64,000 bases of DNA from Flavipsychrobacter sp. (GCA_044224775.1 JBGAJU010000004.1:18084-82083); one strand, 5' to 3'; positions 1 through 10,292 are shown, counted from the stretch's first letter. The notes: generated by a model from the sequence alone, not told the origin. Program-made: numbers and translations.

Positions 1-261
1 TCTGCTGCAAGCTTCACAGTTGCAGGCCAGGCCAGCTACACTTACGCTATCACATTGCCATCAAGCTGCACAATAACCGATGGTGCTTCTCACAGCATGA
101 CCGTTAACAGCTTCACCAGCTCACCTTCTTCAACAGGTACTTTGAGCAGCGGTGGTACACAGACTTTAAACGTGGGTGCTACGCTTAACGTAACTGCAGG
201 CCAGGCTTCAGGTTCTTACACCAACGCAACAGGTGTTCCGGTAACTGTTAACTACAACTAA
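1..261 (+). CDS. C-terminal fragment of a secreted Ser/Thr/Gly-rich beta-strand protein, DUF4402-like. The 5' end lies outside the window.
   Basis: The frame is open from base 1 (SAASFTVAGQASYTYAITLP...) to the stop at 259-261. The pattern GTQTLNVGATLNV...AGQASGSYTN...VTVNYN resembles DUF4402 C-termini, recalled from memory. A strong terminator follows. Confidence 0.45.
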   Translation, partial: SAASFTVAGQASYTYAITLPSSCTITDGASHSMTVNSFTSSPSSTGTLSSGGTQTLNVGATLNVTAGQASGSYTNATGVPVTVNYN

Positions 262-284
262 TCTAAATTACATACAGATATTCT

Positions 285-317
285 AAAACGCCCCTAACGG
301 GGCGTTTTATTTTTTTA
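285..317 (+). terminator. Rho-independent terminator
   Basis: Perfect 10-bp stem aaaacgcccc / ggggcgtttt with loop taac, followed by a T-run (tatttttttatt). Confidence 0.75.
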
Positions 318-345
318 TTAATTTAGTCCTGCTCAAACCTTGTGA

Positions 346-894
346 ATGCAGACTATACGATCGAAAAGGAAAATATCCACCATTGCGCTAATGTTCTTTG
401 GCAGCATTTTCTTTATTGCATTGGACGCACTTTTAGTGTGGGCTACAATGCAGGAAGAAGAACTCTATAGAAAATTATTTGCTTATGTATTAACCGCTAT
501 GGTATTGTGGGGCATAGCAGAAACTATCTTCAACTATGTGAGGTACAGTCCCTATATAGAAATAGATGAAGAAAAGATAGTCTTTGGCGGAAAAGAAACT
601 TATTACTGGGAAGACCTTGAGAGTATTCATTTACATACAAGAAAAGAGTGGGGCTATTCAATGTTCATGGTCATTCTGATCTTCATTGTTATGATGGGCA
701 TAGGACTTTTTTCACCTTATAACAGTACCGAAAGCTTTGAGCTTGAGCGAAAGCGCAGAGCGATCTTATTGCGCTTCAAAGACGAAAAAAGAAAATTCAT
801 ATTTCACAGGCAGTATTCGAACACACAGGATATGAGTGCATTCCTTCAACAAATAATAGCTAGCAGGCAAAATGTTATTATTGAGCAAGAATAG
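346..894 (+). CDS. Hypothetical membrane protein with about 3 predicted TM segments
   Basis: 182-aa ORF with hydrophobic helices (IALMFFGSIFFIALDALLVWA; VLTAMVLWGIAETIF; MFMVILIFIVMMGIGLF). It is visibly lower in GC than its neighbours. No recognisable catalytic motif. Confidence 0.5.
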   Translation: MQTIRSKRKISTIALMFFGSIFFIALDALLVWATMQEEELYRKLFAYVLTAMVLWGIAETIFNYVRYSPYIEIDEEKIVFGGKETYYWEDLESIHLHTRKEWGYSMFMVILIFIVMMGIGLFSPYNSTESFELERKRRAILLRFKDEKRKFIFHRQYSNTQDMSAFLQQIIASRQNVIIEQE

Positions 895-919
895 CTATAG
901 TAGTTTGTATATTTAATCG

Positions 920-1621
920 TTGTTAACTCATATAAAAGAATTACGGCACGGACTTGTGCATTTATTTTACCCACGCCTGTGCGAGGGGTGCAGCAAGCCT
1001 TTGCTGGGTGCGGAGGATGTTTTATGCATTGGTTGCGCGCTTGAGTTGCCTGAAACGAATTACCACCATATTGCAGATAATGAAACGGCACTGCGGTTTG
1101 CGGGAAGAATACCTTTTGCGCACGCTACTACCCTTGCCTATTTTACAAATGATGGATTATTGCAACATTTACTACACGGGCTAAAATACCAGAACAAAAA
1201 AGAAAATGGCTATTACCTGGGAAGGCAGTTGGGGAGGCGATTAAAAGAAACTGAATGGGTCAATAGTATAGATGCGATCATCCCGGTGCCGCTGCACAGG
1301 GCCAAGGAGGCAAAACGGGGCTATAACCAGAGCTTACTGATAGCGGAGGGCATGAGCGAACAACTTCAAATAAAGGTTGTTACTAATGTTTTGGTTCGGG
1401 TGAAGGACACCGAAAGTCAAACGCACAAGAGCAGGGCAGAACGGGCTGAAAATATGCGCGATACTTTTGAGTTGCAGGAGAAAGGCCTGCTAAAAAATAA
1501 ACATATATTATTGTGCGATGATGTGCTGACCACGGGGGCTACCCTGGAGGCATGCTCACTAGCTTTATTGAAGGAGGAAAACATCAGAATAAGTATAGCC
1601 ACTATCGGGATAGTTTCGTGA
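920..1621 (+). CDS. ComF-family phosphoribosyltransferase-fold protein
   Basis: N-terminal Cys pairs (CEGC...CIGC) plus the PRTase motif ILLCDDVLTTGATLEA. The size is typical of ComFC. The start is a TTG and is uncertain. Confidence 0.8.
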   Translation: MLTHIKELRHGLVHLFYPRLCEGCSKPLLGAEDVLCIGCALELPETNYHHIADNETALRFAGRIPFAHATTLAYFTNDGLLQHLLHGLKYQNKKENGYYLGRQLGRRLKETEWVNSIDAIIPVPLHRAKEAKRGYNQSLLIAEGMSEQLQIKVVTNVLVRVKDTESQTHKSRAERAENMRDTFELQEKGLLKNKHILLCDDVLTTGATLEACSLALLKEENIRISIATIGIVS

Positions 1622-1788
1622 GTTTTTATATATAAAATCAGCTGCTCCGGGCTATAAAATAAGGTTTTTTTAATGTAGGTTTGCGCGGTAAATACGGAAG
1701 GGTATTGGTTTTATAAATATTTCGCCATACCTTAACCGATTAATGGCCTGTGGCTATCAGGCAAATTGTTTTTCTAACAACGAAAATT

Positions 1789-3027
1789 ATGAAGAAACGC
1801 GTATTAGCAGCATTAGTTTTATTGTCATCGATGGACCTGTTTGGCGCCGGTTACCAGATGAACCTGCAGGGAATCAGGCAGATGGCTACCGGTGGGGCGG
1901 GCACTGCCTGGCCGTGGGATGCTTCTACTATATTTTATAATCCGGGCGGGCTTGGCCGCCTGAAAAGTATCCAGGGCTACGCCAGCTTTGGACTGTTTAT
2001 GCCAACTACTGCTTACGGCAGCTCAATGTCGAGCTCGACCACACATTCGCAGACGTTTGTACCGTTCAACTTCTATTTTGGCGGCCCGATACAGGAGGAC
2101 AGCAAATTTGCTTTAGGCCTGGGCGTGTATTCTACATCGCATATGGGTGCCGAGTGGGATGATGACTGGCAAGGTTCGCACATGGTGCGTTCTATCCGCT
2201 TCAAGGCAGTTATGTTCCAGCCTACGATCAGCTACCGCGTGGGCGACTTCTTATCAGTAGGTGCGGGTTTTGTGTATGGTGCCGGCACATTTGATATGAC
2301 GTATGCACTGCCTTACCACGGGTTACTGGGCCCACAATCGAACCTGGGAGACAATGGTGAAGCGCGGTTGCATTCTAACGCAAATGGTGTAGGCTTTAAC
2401 TTAGGTATCCAGCTGAGGCCAAGCGATAACCTGCAATTCGGGCTTACTTACCGTTCTCAGGTTGTTATGAACATTGTAGGCGGTAATGCTTCTTTCACAA
2501 CACCTGCATCGCTTGAAAGCGCTTATCCGAATACTACATTCGATTCTTACCTGCCATTGCCACAGGTTGCCTCTTTTGGTATGGGTGTAAGGGCTAATGA
2601 GCATCTGACACTGCTGCTGGACCTGAATTATACAGGATGGAGCACACATGACTCTATGCGCATCAATTTTGAACAACATACTGACAGGCTGCAAAATATG
2701 CACACGCCAAGGCACTACAGGAATACCCTGAGCGCAAGGGTTGGCGCAAATTACAAGATCAGCAAGGTAGTATCTGTGATGCTGGGCGGTTATTACGACC
2801 CAACACCGGTGAAGAACGGTTTTGTTTCTCCGGACATGCCTGATGCAAACCGCGTAGCAGGTACTGCAGGTATAGCTATCAAGCCACTGCCACGCTTTAC
2901 GATACTTGCCGGTTTTGAAGCAATGACCTCGACAAAAAGGACAGGAACTTATAATTACGGAGGGTTCAGCGGCACATGGAAGAGCGAGTCTGCCACGTCT
3001 GCATTAGCTGTTTATTACAATTTCTAA
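1789..3027 (+). CDS. Outer-membrane transport protein of the FadL/OmpP1/Toluene_X family
   Basis: Signal peptide MKKRVLAALVLLSSMDLFG. Family-typical N-terminus YQMNLQGIRQMATGGAGTA...IFYNPGGL, alternating beta-strand pattern and C-terminal aromatic (AVYYNF). I prefer the ATG at 1789 over the upstream start at 1750. Confidence 0.8.
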   Translation: MKKRVLAALVLLSSMDLFGAGYQMNLQGIRQMATGGAGTAWPWDASTIFYNPGGLGRLKSIQGYASFGLFMPTTAYGSSMSSSTTHSQTFVPFNFYFGGPIQEDSKFALGLGVYSTSHMGAEWDDDWQGSHMVRSIRFKAVMFQPTISYRVGDFLSVGAGFVYGAGTFDMTYALPYHGLLGPQSNLGDNGEARLHSNANGVGFNLGIQLRPSDNLQFGLTYRSQVVMNIVGGNASFTTPASLESAYPNTTFDSYLPLPQVASFGMGVRANEHLTLLLDLNYTGWSTHDSMRINFEQHTDRLQNMHTPRHYRNTLSARVGANYKISKVVSVMLGGYYDPTPVKNGFVSPDMPDANRVAGTAGIAIKPLPRFTILAGFEAMTSTKRTGTYNYGGFSGTWKSESATSALAVYYNF

Positions 3028-3051
3028 AACAACGAACAAAAAATAGAAAGG

Positions 3052-4461
3052 ATGAGAAAAGTATATGTCATTGGCGCCGTAGCATTAATGTTTGCAGCTT
3101 GCAGGCCCAGTGTGAGCATAACAACACCGCCATCAGCCGGACCAACTGTGAATTTCAACAATATCCTTGTGATAGGTGATGATTATTCAGGCGGGTATTC
3201 CGACAACAGCCTTACCGTTCGCGGCCAGCTGAACTCTTATTCACAGATCTTATTTGAGCAACTTGCAAAAATACCGGATCCACGTGGTGCGAAAGGGCCT
3301 TTTGTTATTCCGTGGCTACACAGCGACAATGGCTACCCTGGCGCAAAGAAGATATTAGGCTATCACCGTAATTACTGCGACCTGACCGACTCAATGCTTG
3401 CACCGGTTGATTATCCTAACTTCCTGATGGACCCGGTTGACGATGAACCGTACCTGAGCGGTGTGAACAACAACCAGGTGAACAACATAAGTGTAATGGG
3501 CATACGTATGGTTGACTATCCTGTAGCCAACTATGCCAACATGATAGAAGCAAGCTACGGCCTGCCTTATGCAAGGAGGTTCTATTTTGACCTTGCTGCA
3601 ACACCACAGGCTGAACTAAAGCACAGGGTTGACGTACTATATCCTACTTTCTTCACGATGTGGATGGGTATCAACGATGTGCTGGGCTATGCGCTTTACG
3701 GCGGACAGGGCGATGGTACAGGTAATGCATTACCATTGCCTGGTTCGGGCAACTTCTTCAACCCAAGGGATATCAGCCGCATTGGTGCTTTTGACACTGC
3801 TTACCGTGCTGCGCTGAACCAGGCTGCAATCACAGGTGCGAGCGGTGCGTTGATCAATATTCCTGACATCACATTGCTGCCTTTCTTCAATGTGATCCCA
3901 TCAAACGGCCTGATCATTGACCGCGAAAGCTTTGCTGACTCACTAGTTAATTACTACTACTCAGGACAGGGATGGAAAAAAGTGTTTGAAGTTGGTGCTA
4001 ACCAATTCATCATTAAAGATCATAACAACCAGACAAGGCAATCTGTACCGGGTGAACTGATACTGATGACGTGCCCGATAGATTCTATCAGGTGTGCCGG
4101 CTGGGGAAGCATTAAGCCAATACCACAGGAATATGTGCTGACAACAGACGAGATACAGTTCATCAGGACGGCGACAGACAAATATAACTATACTATACAG
4201 ACAGAAGCATCGCTTCACCACCTTGCTTATGTGGATATGAACGCGTTCTTCAAAACGCTACCTGCAGGTGCACCATTCAATGGTATCAGCTATACCAATG
4301 AGTTCATCTATGGTGGTTTCTTCTCGCTTGACGGATTACGCCCGACACAGCGCGGCAACGCACTTATAGCTAACGAGATCATCAGGACGATCAACCAGTT
4401 CTATGGCGCAACAGTAAATACTGTGGATGCTAACAGATATCGCGGAGTTGATTTCCCGTAG
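3052..4461 (+). CDS. SGNH/GDSL-fold lipoprotein, apparently with a degenerate active site
   Basis: Lipobox MFAAC. Block I-like ILVIGDDYSGG, block III WMGINDV, block V-like SLDGLRPTQRGNALIANEI. It lies 24 nt downstream of the FadL-like gene. Confidence 0.65.
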   Translation: MRKVYVIGAVALMFAACRPSVSITTPPSAGPTVNFNNILVIGDDYSGGYSDNSLTVRGQLNSYSQILFEQLAKIPDPRGAKGPFVIPWLHSDNGYPGAKKILGYHRNYCDLTDSMLAPVDYPNFLMDPVDDEPYLSGVNNNQVNNISVMGIRMVDYPVANYANMIEASYGLPYARRFYFDLAATPQAELKHRVDVLYPTFFTMWMGINDVLGYALYGGQGDGTGNALPLPGSGNFFNPRDISRIGAFDTAYRAALNQAAITGASGALINIPDITLLPFFNVIPSNGLIIDRESFADSLVNYYYSGQGWKKVFEVGANQFIIKDHNNQTRQSVPGELILMTCPIDSIRCAGWGSIKPIPQEYVLTTDEIQFIRTATDKYNYTIQTEASLHHLAYVDMNAFFKTLPAGAPFNGISYTNEFIYGGFFSLDGLRPTQRGNALIANEIIRTINQFYGATVNTVDANRYRGVDFP

Positions 4462-4482
4462 CAGATAAAAGCTCTTCAACAA

Positions 4483-4519
4483 AAAATGCCCACGACTTAT
4501 CGTGGGCATTTTTATTTTT
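4483..4519 (+). terminator. Rho-independent terminator
   Basis: Stem aatgcccacg / cgtgggcatt with loop acttat, then tttttattttt. Confidence 0.75.
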
Positions 4520-4564
4520 AAATCGATGCCAGACCTAGCTAAAGCTATTGCCTTTATGTCGCGA

Positions 4565-6967
4565 TCAAAGCTTGCAATTGTAACCTACTCTAATAACCTG
4601 GGTCTCATAGTAGTCCGTACTGGTGTAATTGAACCCATTACCCTGAATCTCCTTTTTGATCCTTAAAGTATTAGCTATATCGGTTGCGTTAACAAATAGC
4701 TCGCCACGCCCCTTCTGTATTGTCTTTTTTAAACCCAGATCGACCGAAAATCTGGCATCAATTCGCCCCTGCGGAACAATATCGGGAGCCAAATATATTG
4801 CCGTCAACTGCCCATCAAATTTATTGGGCAAATGAAAAATACCGTTCAATTTAATGTTGCCGGAAAACAGGTCTTGTTTTGCAGCAGTAAACAAATTTTC
4901 CTTAGGGTACTTATTTACTACTGAAAATGCTTCTATTATGTTCCTGTACCCATTAAGGTTAAAGTTTAATGTTGCCCATTTTCCTGCAGTATGAGACACT
5001 AATATTTCTATGCCAGTATTATAACTTCTGCCCGCATTCTGAAATATATTGTAAATAAGCGGACTACCCGGAATAATACTGGAAATGCGGGTAATAGTAG
5101 CATCCATTATCTTATGGTAAACCGCACCATATACATAGGACTTCTTCAAACTCGTTTTGTAACCGATCTCAATGGAGTTGGTGAACTGAGGTTGCAGGGC
5201 CGGATTGCCGACTTTGATTATCTCCGCATCATCATACTTCGGAAATATCCTTATATCCACTTCGTTAGGACGATCAACACGGCGGTTGTAAAATATGGAA
5301 ACCCTGTTTCTCTCATTGATCTTATATGCAAGCCGAATATTTGGAAATGGTTGCGTATAGCCGTATCCGTCACTTTTATATGTTTTATGACCGGGGTTCA
5401 CATCATACTGCACAGCAACATATTCAACACGCAAACCTGCCTCTACTTCTATTTTCTTATTTTCAAACACATAACTGCCATACAGCGCCGGGATGCTTTC
5501 AGTATAATCTGCCCAGCCTCCTGCATTTGTGTCCAAAGGTGAGTTAATGCCGGGTTTGAACTGCATGTTTACCGGGATGTAGCGATAGCGGAATTTTACA
5601 CCGCCTTCTATCCGTCCGTACTTCAGAGGTTGCACATAATCTACATTGAAATCAGCAACATGTTCATCTGAGATCAATTTGAACGAATCTAAACCGATAT
5701 ACGTTGGCAGTATATTGGTAAAAAAATACTGCTCATTCTCACGATGATAAGTATAATTGAAACCCATTACCAATACCCTGCCCGGCCGGCTGAATTTATG
5801 CTGCCAGGTTGTAAACGTAGTTGCGGTAGTTTTCAACTCATCTTCTAAAAAGCGCCACAATCTTTGCCTTTGAGATATATCATTGTTAAAAAAAGGTTCA
5901 TCGCCTTCATCCAATATCTTTTCGCTGCTAAAAAGCCCGGAAACTGTGATTATGTTGCTGGCATCAGCGTAATAATCTATACCTGTCCTTCCTGTAATAA
6001 TATTTGTCGTTCTGTTTCTAACGGTTTGCTGCCTGATAACAGTGCCATTATCGTAATATCGATCTACAAATTCATTTTTGTTCAGGGCTTTTGTATACAG
6101 GTCATCGGCCTGAATAAAAACGTTTACTTTGCTCTTTCTATAGTTGAGCGATACAGTTGGGTTTAGCTTTGGTGTTGCAGTATACTGAGGGCGTATGTTT
6201 GGGTAATTTTCCTGCTTCAGCCACAACGCTCCCAAACCTCCTGTAAAACCTGCTTTTCCATGAAGGCCATCCTGCTTTTCCCTTTTGTATATAATATTGA
6301 TAATACCTGCATTCCCGTTAGCATCATATTTAGAAGACGGATTATTTATTATCTCAATTTTTTCAATTGCAGATGCCGGTATGTTATCCAAACCTGCTTG
6401 AGCACCCATGCCAGTTAAAGCAGTTTGTTTACCATCAATAAGCACAACAACTTTATCATTACCACGCAGCTGCACTTTACCATCATGAACAGTGACACCG
6501 GGAAGATTTTTCATGGATTGCAGAACAGATGCACCTGTTTGAGTGAGATTGTCGGCCACATTAAATGTCTTTTTGTCCATTTTTGCAGATACCTCGTCAG
6601 CTTTTCCTTTTACTGTTAGTTCCTGTAAAGCCTTAGTATCTTCTGCAAGAAGGATAGTACCCATGTCTAGATACTTACTTAACCCTCCTACCAGAATGGG
6701 TACTTTAACAGGTATGAATCCCATAAAATGTATTTCAACATAGTAGTTCCCGGTTGCCAGGTTGTTGAACGTGAACCTGCCGTTTTCGTCAGTCATTGTA
6801 CCAGTAACAAATATGCTGTCCTTTTCTGTTTTAAGAACAACATATGCGTATGCAATAACAATATCTGTTCGCTGCTCCTTTATTTGCCCTGATACCGTTA
6901 CGGTTTCAGATTGGGCATGAGTGAGATGTGCAATACATAATAGCACAGCCACAATAAACTGTTTCAT
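4565..6967 (-). CDS. TonB-dependent receptor with an N-terminal carboxypeptidase-regulatory-like domain
   Basis: Signal peptide MKQFIVAVLLCIAHLTHAQ. CarboxypepD_reg-like region VSGQIKE...TGNYYVEIHFMGF. Plug-like region LPGVTVHDGKVQLRGNDKVVVLIDG. A long beta-barrel follows. Confidence 0.85.
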   Translation of the reverse strand: MKQFIVAVLLCIAHLTHAQSETVTVSGQIKEQRTDIVIAYAYVVLKTEKDSIFVTGTMTDENGRFTFNNLATGNYYVEIHFMGFIPVKVPILVGGLSKYLDMGTILLAEDTKALQELTVKGKADEVSAKMDKKTFNVADNLTQTGASVLQSMKNLPGVTVHDGKVQLRGNDKVVVLIDGKQTALTGMGAQAGLDNIPASAIEKIEIINNPSSKYDANGNAGIINIIYKREKQDGLHGKAGFTGGLGALWLKQENYPNIRPQYTATPKLNPTVSLNYRKSKVNVFIQADDLYTKALNKNEFVDRYYDNGTVIRQQTVRNRTTNIITGRTGIDYYADASNIITVSGLFSSEKILDEGDEPFFNNDISQRQRLWRFLEDELKTTATTFTTWQHKFSRPGRVLVMGFNYTYHRENEQYFFTNILPTYIGLDSFKLISDEHVADFNVDYVQPLKYGRIEGGVKFRYRYIPVNMQFKPGINSPLDTNAGGWADYTESIPALYGSYVFENKKIEVEAGLRVEYVAVQYDVNPGHKTYKSDGYGYTQPFPNIRLAYKINERNRVSIFYNRRVDRPNEVDIRIFPKYDDAEIIKVGNPALQPQFTNSIEIGYKTSLKKSYVYGAVYHKIMDATITRISSIIPGSPLIYNIFQNAGRSYNTGIEILVSHTAGKWATLNFNLNGYRNIIEAFSVVNKYPKENLFTAAKQDLFSGNIKLNGIFHLPNKFDGQLTAIYLAPDIVPQGRIDARFSVDLGLKKTIQKGRGELFVNATDIANTLRIKKEIQGNGFNYTSTDYYETQVIRVGYNCKL

Positions 6968-7053
6968 TTATTTTAAGAATTTTGAGTTAATATTAATACA
7001 TGACTCATTACTCCACTTTTACTTGCGAGTAATTTCCAAATTTGCTTTTAGCA

Positions 7054-7482
7054 TTAGCTTTGGATGGGAGGCCTCAGAATATCGGCATGGAACCGGGATG
7101 AATAGCCATCACTGCTACCTGCAAAGTAGACCAGTTTTTTGTAGGGAAACAGACATCTGCCGGAAACATCAAATTGCAACAATGCCGGTGTGACGAATGT
7201 GATCAACGATATGGCCTGGGATGTTTGAAATGGATTGTGCGGGTGATCACCGGAAGGGTATTCTTGTTCTCCTTCTATGATATTCACTATTGATTCTAAG
7301 TTAAGGAAGTGCTCAAAAATGAAATCAAGAGGAGTTATATCATGATCTTCAACACTACAATGGTGGTACATTGTCCGCACATCACAACGTTGCATAAAGC
7401 CGCTTGGTTGGGTTAACCCAATACCCAATAAGAAGATAACCAACATTGCTATAAGCTTTTGCACGTTAGCAAATATAGTCAA
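7054..7482 (-). CDS. Hypothetical small membrane-anchored Cys/His-containing protein. Gene status and start are uncertain.
   Basis: 142-aa ORF just upstream of, and co-oriented with, the TonB receptor. N-terminal hydrophobic helix. Motif MYHHCSVEDHD. TTG start at 7482, with an alternative ATG at 7446. Confidence 0.3.
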   Translation of the reverse strand: MTIFANVQKLIAMLVIFLLGIGLTQPSGFMQRCDVRTMYHHCSVEDHDITPLDFIFEHFLNLESIVNIIEGEQEYPSGDHPHNPFQTSQAISLITFVTPALLQFDVSGRCLFPYKKLVYFAGSSDGYSSRFHADILRPPIQS

Positions 7483-7500
7483 GATACTACAGATAAAATG

Positions 7501-8631
7501 TTAATGCTTCTCCATACATTTTATCATGCTAACCCACAATTTTTGGGCAGAGGCATTCCATGAGAATTTTTTTATCTGCACACGGGCATTGGCTACCAGG
7601 CGGTTGCGCAGGGCTTCATCTTTATAAAGCTGGTGCATCTTATTAGCGATATCCTGCGGATCTGCAGGATCTACCAAAAGGGCAGCATCACCCGCTACCT
7701 CCGGCATGGATGATGTATTGCTAACTATTGCGGGAACATCGCATTGCAGCGCCTCGAGTATGGGAATACCAAAACCCTCGAACAGGGAGGTATATACCAG
7801 TGCATAAGCACCACCTATGACTTTTGACAGTTCGTCAACATTCATATAGCCCACCCACTTCACATCATCTTTGAATTGCATTTCAGCTTTCATCTGCTCC
7901 ACCTCATCATACTTCCACCCAAAACGGCCAACTATCACAAATTTCATGTTTGTATGCTGCCGCTTCTTGAATTCTACAAAAGCCTTCAGCATGTTGACAA
8001 TATTCTTTCGGGGGTGCAGTGCGCCGGCAAATACAAAATACTCACAGCCATCTGCATACTTCTTTTTTGTTTCCTCGCGCTCATCGGGCGACAATGGCCT
8101 GTACTCATCGTGTGCACCGTTGTAGACAACATCAATATTATCGGCGCTTATACTATAATGCTTTACTATATCCTGCTTAGAAAAGGTAGAAACGGTTGCT
8201 ATGCGTTTAGCCTTTTTTGCAAAAAGAGGAGAGTAATGCCTCCAATATAGTCGCTGGCTGAAAACAAAATGCTCCGGGTAATGCTCGAAAGCGAGATCGT
8301 GTATGACGAGCAAGGTGGGTACCTTAGTGCTTAATGATAAGAAGCTATCGGTAGAAAGAAAAAGGTCGGCCTTGTACTTGCGCAGCATGAACGGGATACT
8401 CCATTCAAACCACAAATAAAATAATATGGGGTGCCGTGCAGGGGGTGATACTACGACAGGGGTAACATTGGGTGCAAAAACAAATACCGGGTCGTAGGGC
8501 CTGTCGAAAAAAAAGATGAATTCGTGCTCCGGGTGAGCCTTAACGATCCTTTCGAGTGTTTGATAAGTGAACCAACCTATACCTTCCAGTTTCCCCTTTA
8601 ATAAGAGGCGTGTATTTACTGCAATTCGCAT
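7501..8631 (-). CDS. Glycosyltransferase, GT-B fold, family 4/1
   Basis: MRIAVNTRLL N-terminus and the C-terminal EGFGIPILEA motif typical of GT4 enzymes. ATG at 8631 preferred over TTG at 8646. Confidence 0.85.
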   Translation of the reverse strand: MRIAVNTRLLLKGKLEGIGWFTYQTLERIVKAHPEHEFIFFFDRPYDPVFVFAPNVTPVVVSPPARHPILFYLWFEWSIPFMLRKYKADLFLSTDSFLSLSTKVPTLLVIHDLAFEHYPEHFVFSQRLYWRHYSPLFAKKAKRIATVSTFSKQDIVKHYSISADNIDVVYNGAHDEYRPLSPDEREETKKKYADGCEYFVFAGALHPRKNIVNMLKAFVEFKKRQHTNMKFVIVGRFGWKYDEVEQMKAEMQFKDDVKWVGYMNVDELSKVIGGAYALVYTSLFEGFGIPILEALQCDVPAIVSNTSSMPEVAGDAALLVDPADPQDIANKMHQLYKDEALRNRLVANARVQIKKFSWNASAQKLWVSMIKCMEKH

Positions 8632-8685
8632 ACCTTCTGCCAACAAAAATATACTTTTACGGCTTAATAGACGTTAAAAACCGGG

Positions 8686-10143
8686 ATGCGCCGCTTTTTT
8701 GTAAAAAACATACTTTTTGTCATTACTGTGAATGCATTGGTAAAGCCAATATGGGTGTTTTTTATTGACCGTGTAGTGCAAAACAGGGTAGGTGAGGCTG
8801 CTTATGGTACTTATAGCTCGCTGCTTAGCTTATCTATAATATTTTCTATAATACTGGACTTCGGCATTACCAATTATAACAGCCGCACTGTATCTCAAAA
8901 CCCGGATGAACTGAAGACACTGTTTCCATCTATGCTCACGGCACGGTTGCTGCTGATACTTATCTATACAGGGATAGTTTGCGGGGTAGCTTTTGCTTCC
9001 GGTTACCAGTTGTGGGAAATAGGTATGCTTTGCGGGGTGCTGTTGATACAATCGCTGAACTCGCTGATGTTATTCATACGTAGTAATGTAGCTGCACTGC
9101 AGAAATTTAAAACAGATGGTATGCTGTCTGTTACCGACAGGTTCCTGATGATACTGGTGTGTGGGTTTTTGTTGTTGTTTCCGGGTACTGCAAGTAATTT
9201 CAAGATAGAGTGGTTCATTATTGCACAGATAGCCTGTTACTTCACTGCCTGTATCATAGCATATTTTGTATTGAGGCAAATACATGATATTAAGCTGCGT
9301 ATATCACTTCATACACCCACTCTCTTCAAAATAATTAAGGATAGTTCTTTGTATGCTTTGTTCATTTTCCTGATGAGTGTGTATATACGCTCTGATATGC
9401 AGTTGCTGAAATGGATAGGCGGTGCTGAGCAGGCAGGTATCTATACGGCATCGTACCGGTTGCTGGATGTGAGCATCAATATGTTTGGCTCTATGTTTGC
9501 GGCGGTGCTGCTGCCATTGTTTGGTAAGATGCTTGCCGAAAAGCAGGATGTGAACCAGATCGTGACCCTTTGTGTGAACATTATGCTGCCTATATCGTTC
9601 ATAGTATCTGTTGCGGCGGCTTTTTATGGTGCACCTATTATGCACTTGCTTTACCCCGCGGCTACCGATAGCTGGGGCACTATATTTGGCTGGGTAATGG
9701 CGGCCTTCCCGGGGTTCAGTATCATGTATGTGTATTCTACTTTGCTGACTGCCAACGGTAACCTGAAGATATTAAGCGCAATTGCCGGTGTTGGTGCTGT
9801 AGTTAATATACTGCTGAATATCTATTTTATTGAAAAGCAGCAGGCGCTGGGTGCTGCTATAGTATGTGCGATCACTGAAACACTGGTTGGCGTTGGCTAT
9901 ATTATCTTCTGTGTAAAACGTTTGAAAGTATCTATGCAGGTAAGGTGGGTATTGAGCCATATTACTTTCCTGTGCCTGATAACTGCTATAGGATATGGCA
10001 CTACTCTGCTGCACCTTAACTGGCTGTATGCAATAGCTATATTTGGTGTGGCCTGTTGTCTGCTTGTATTTGCGTTTGGTTTTATCTCTGTACAGGGAGT
10101 AAAGCAATTGATAAGTAGCAAGACAAATAGTGCAGCTACTTAA
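8686..10143 (+). CDS. Polysaccharide/oligosaccharide flippase, Wzx-like, MOP superfamily
   Basis: 485 aa, about 12-14 hydrophobic helices throughout. Divergent from the GT4 gene. Confidence 0.7.
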   Translation: MRRFFVKNILFVITVNALVKPIWVFFIDRVVQNRVGEAAYGTYSSLLSLSIIFSIILDFGITNYNSRTVSQNPDELKTLFPSMLTARLLLILIYTGIVCGVAFASGYQLWEIGMLCGVLLIQSLNSLMLFIRSNVAALQKFKTDGMLSVTDRFLMILVCGFLLLFPGTASNFKIEWFIIAQIACYFTACIIAYFVLRQIHDIKLRISLHTPTLFKIIKDSSLYALFIFLMSVYIRSDMQLLKWIGGAEQAGIYTASYRLLDVSINMFGSMFAAVLLPLFGKMLAEKQDVNQIVTLCVNIMLPISFIVSVAAAFYGAPIMHLLYPAATDSWGTIFGWVMAAFPGFSIMYVYSTLLTANGNLKILSAIAGVGAVVNILLNIYFIEKQQALGAAIVCAITETLVGVGYIIFCVKRLKVSMQVRWVLSHITFLCLITAIGYGTTLLHLNWLYAIAIFGVACCLLVFAFGFISVQGVKQLISSKTNSAAT

Positions 10144-10292
10144 TGTTGGTTGGTTGTTTTACACCGGGGATGGGATACCATATCCACTCTTTTGTTAAAC
10201 AGCTAACAATGATAGTGCCACCAGATCCCGATAGGTTTATAGGCTGTATGTATGAGCTTAGAAATGTATGAATTATTTCGCAATAAAGGCTT

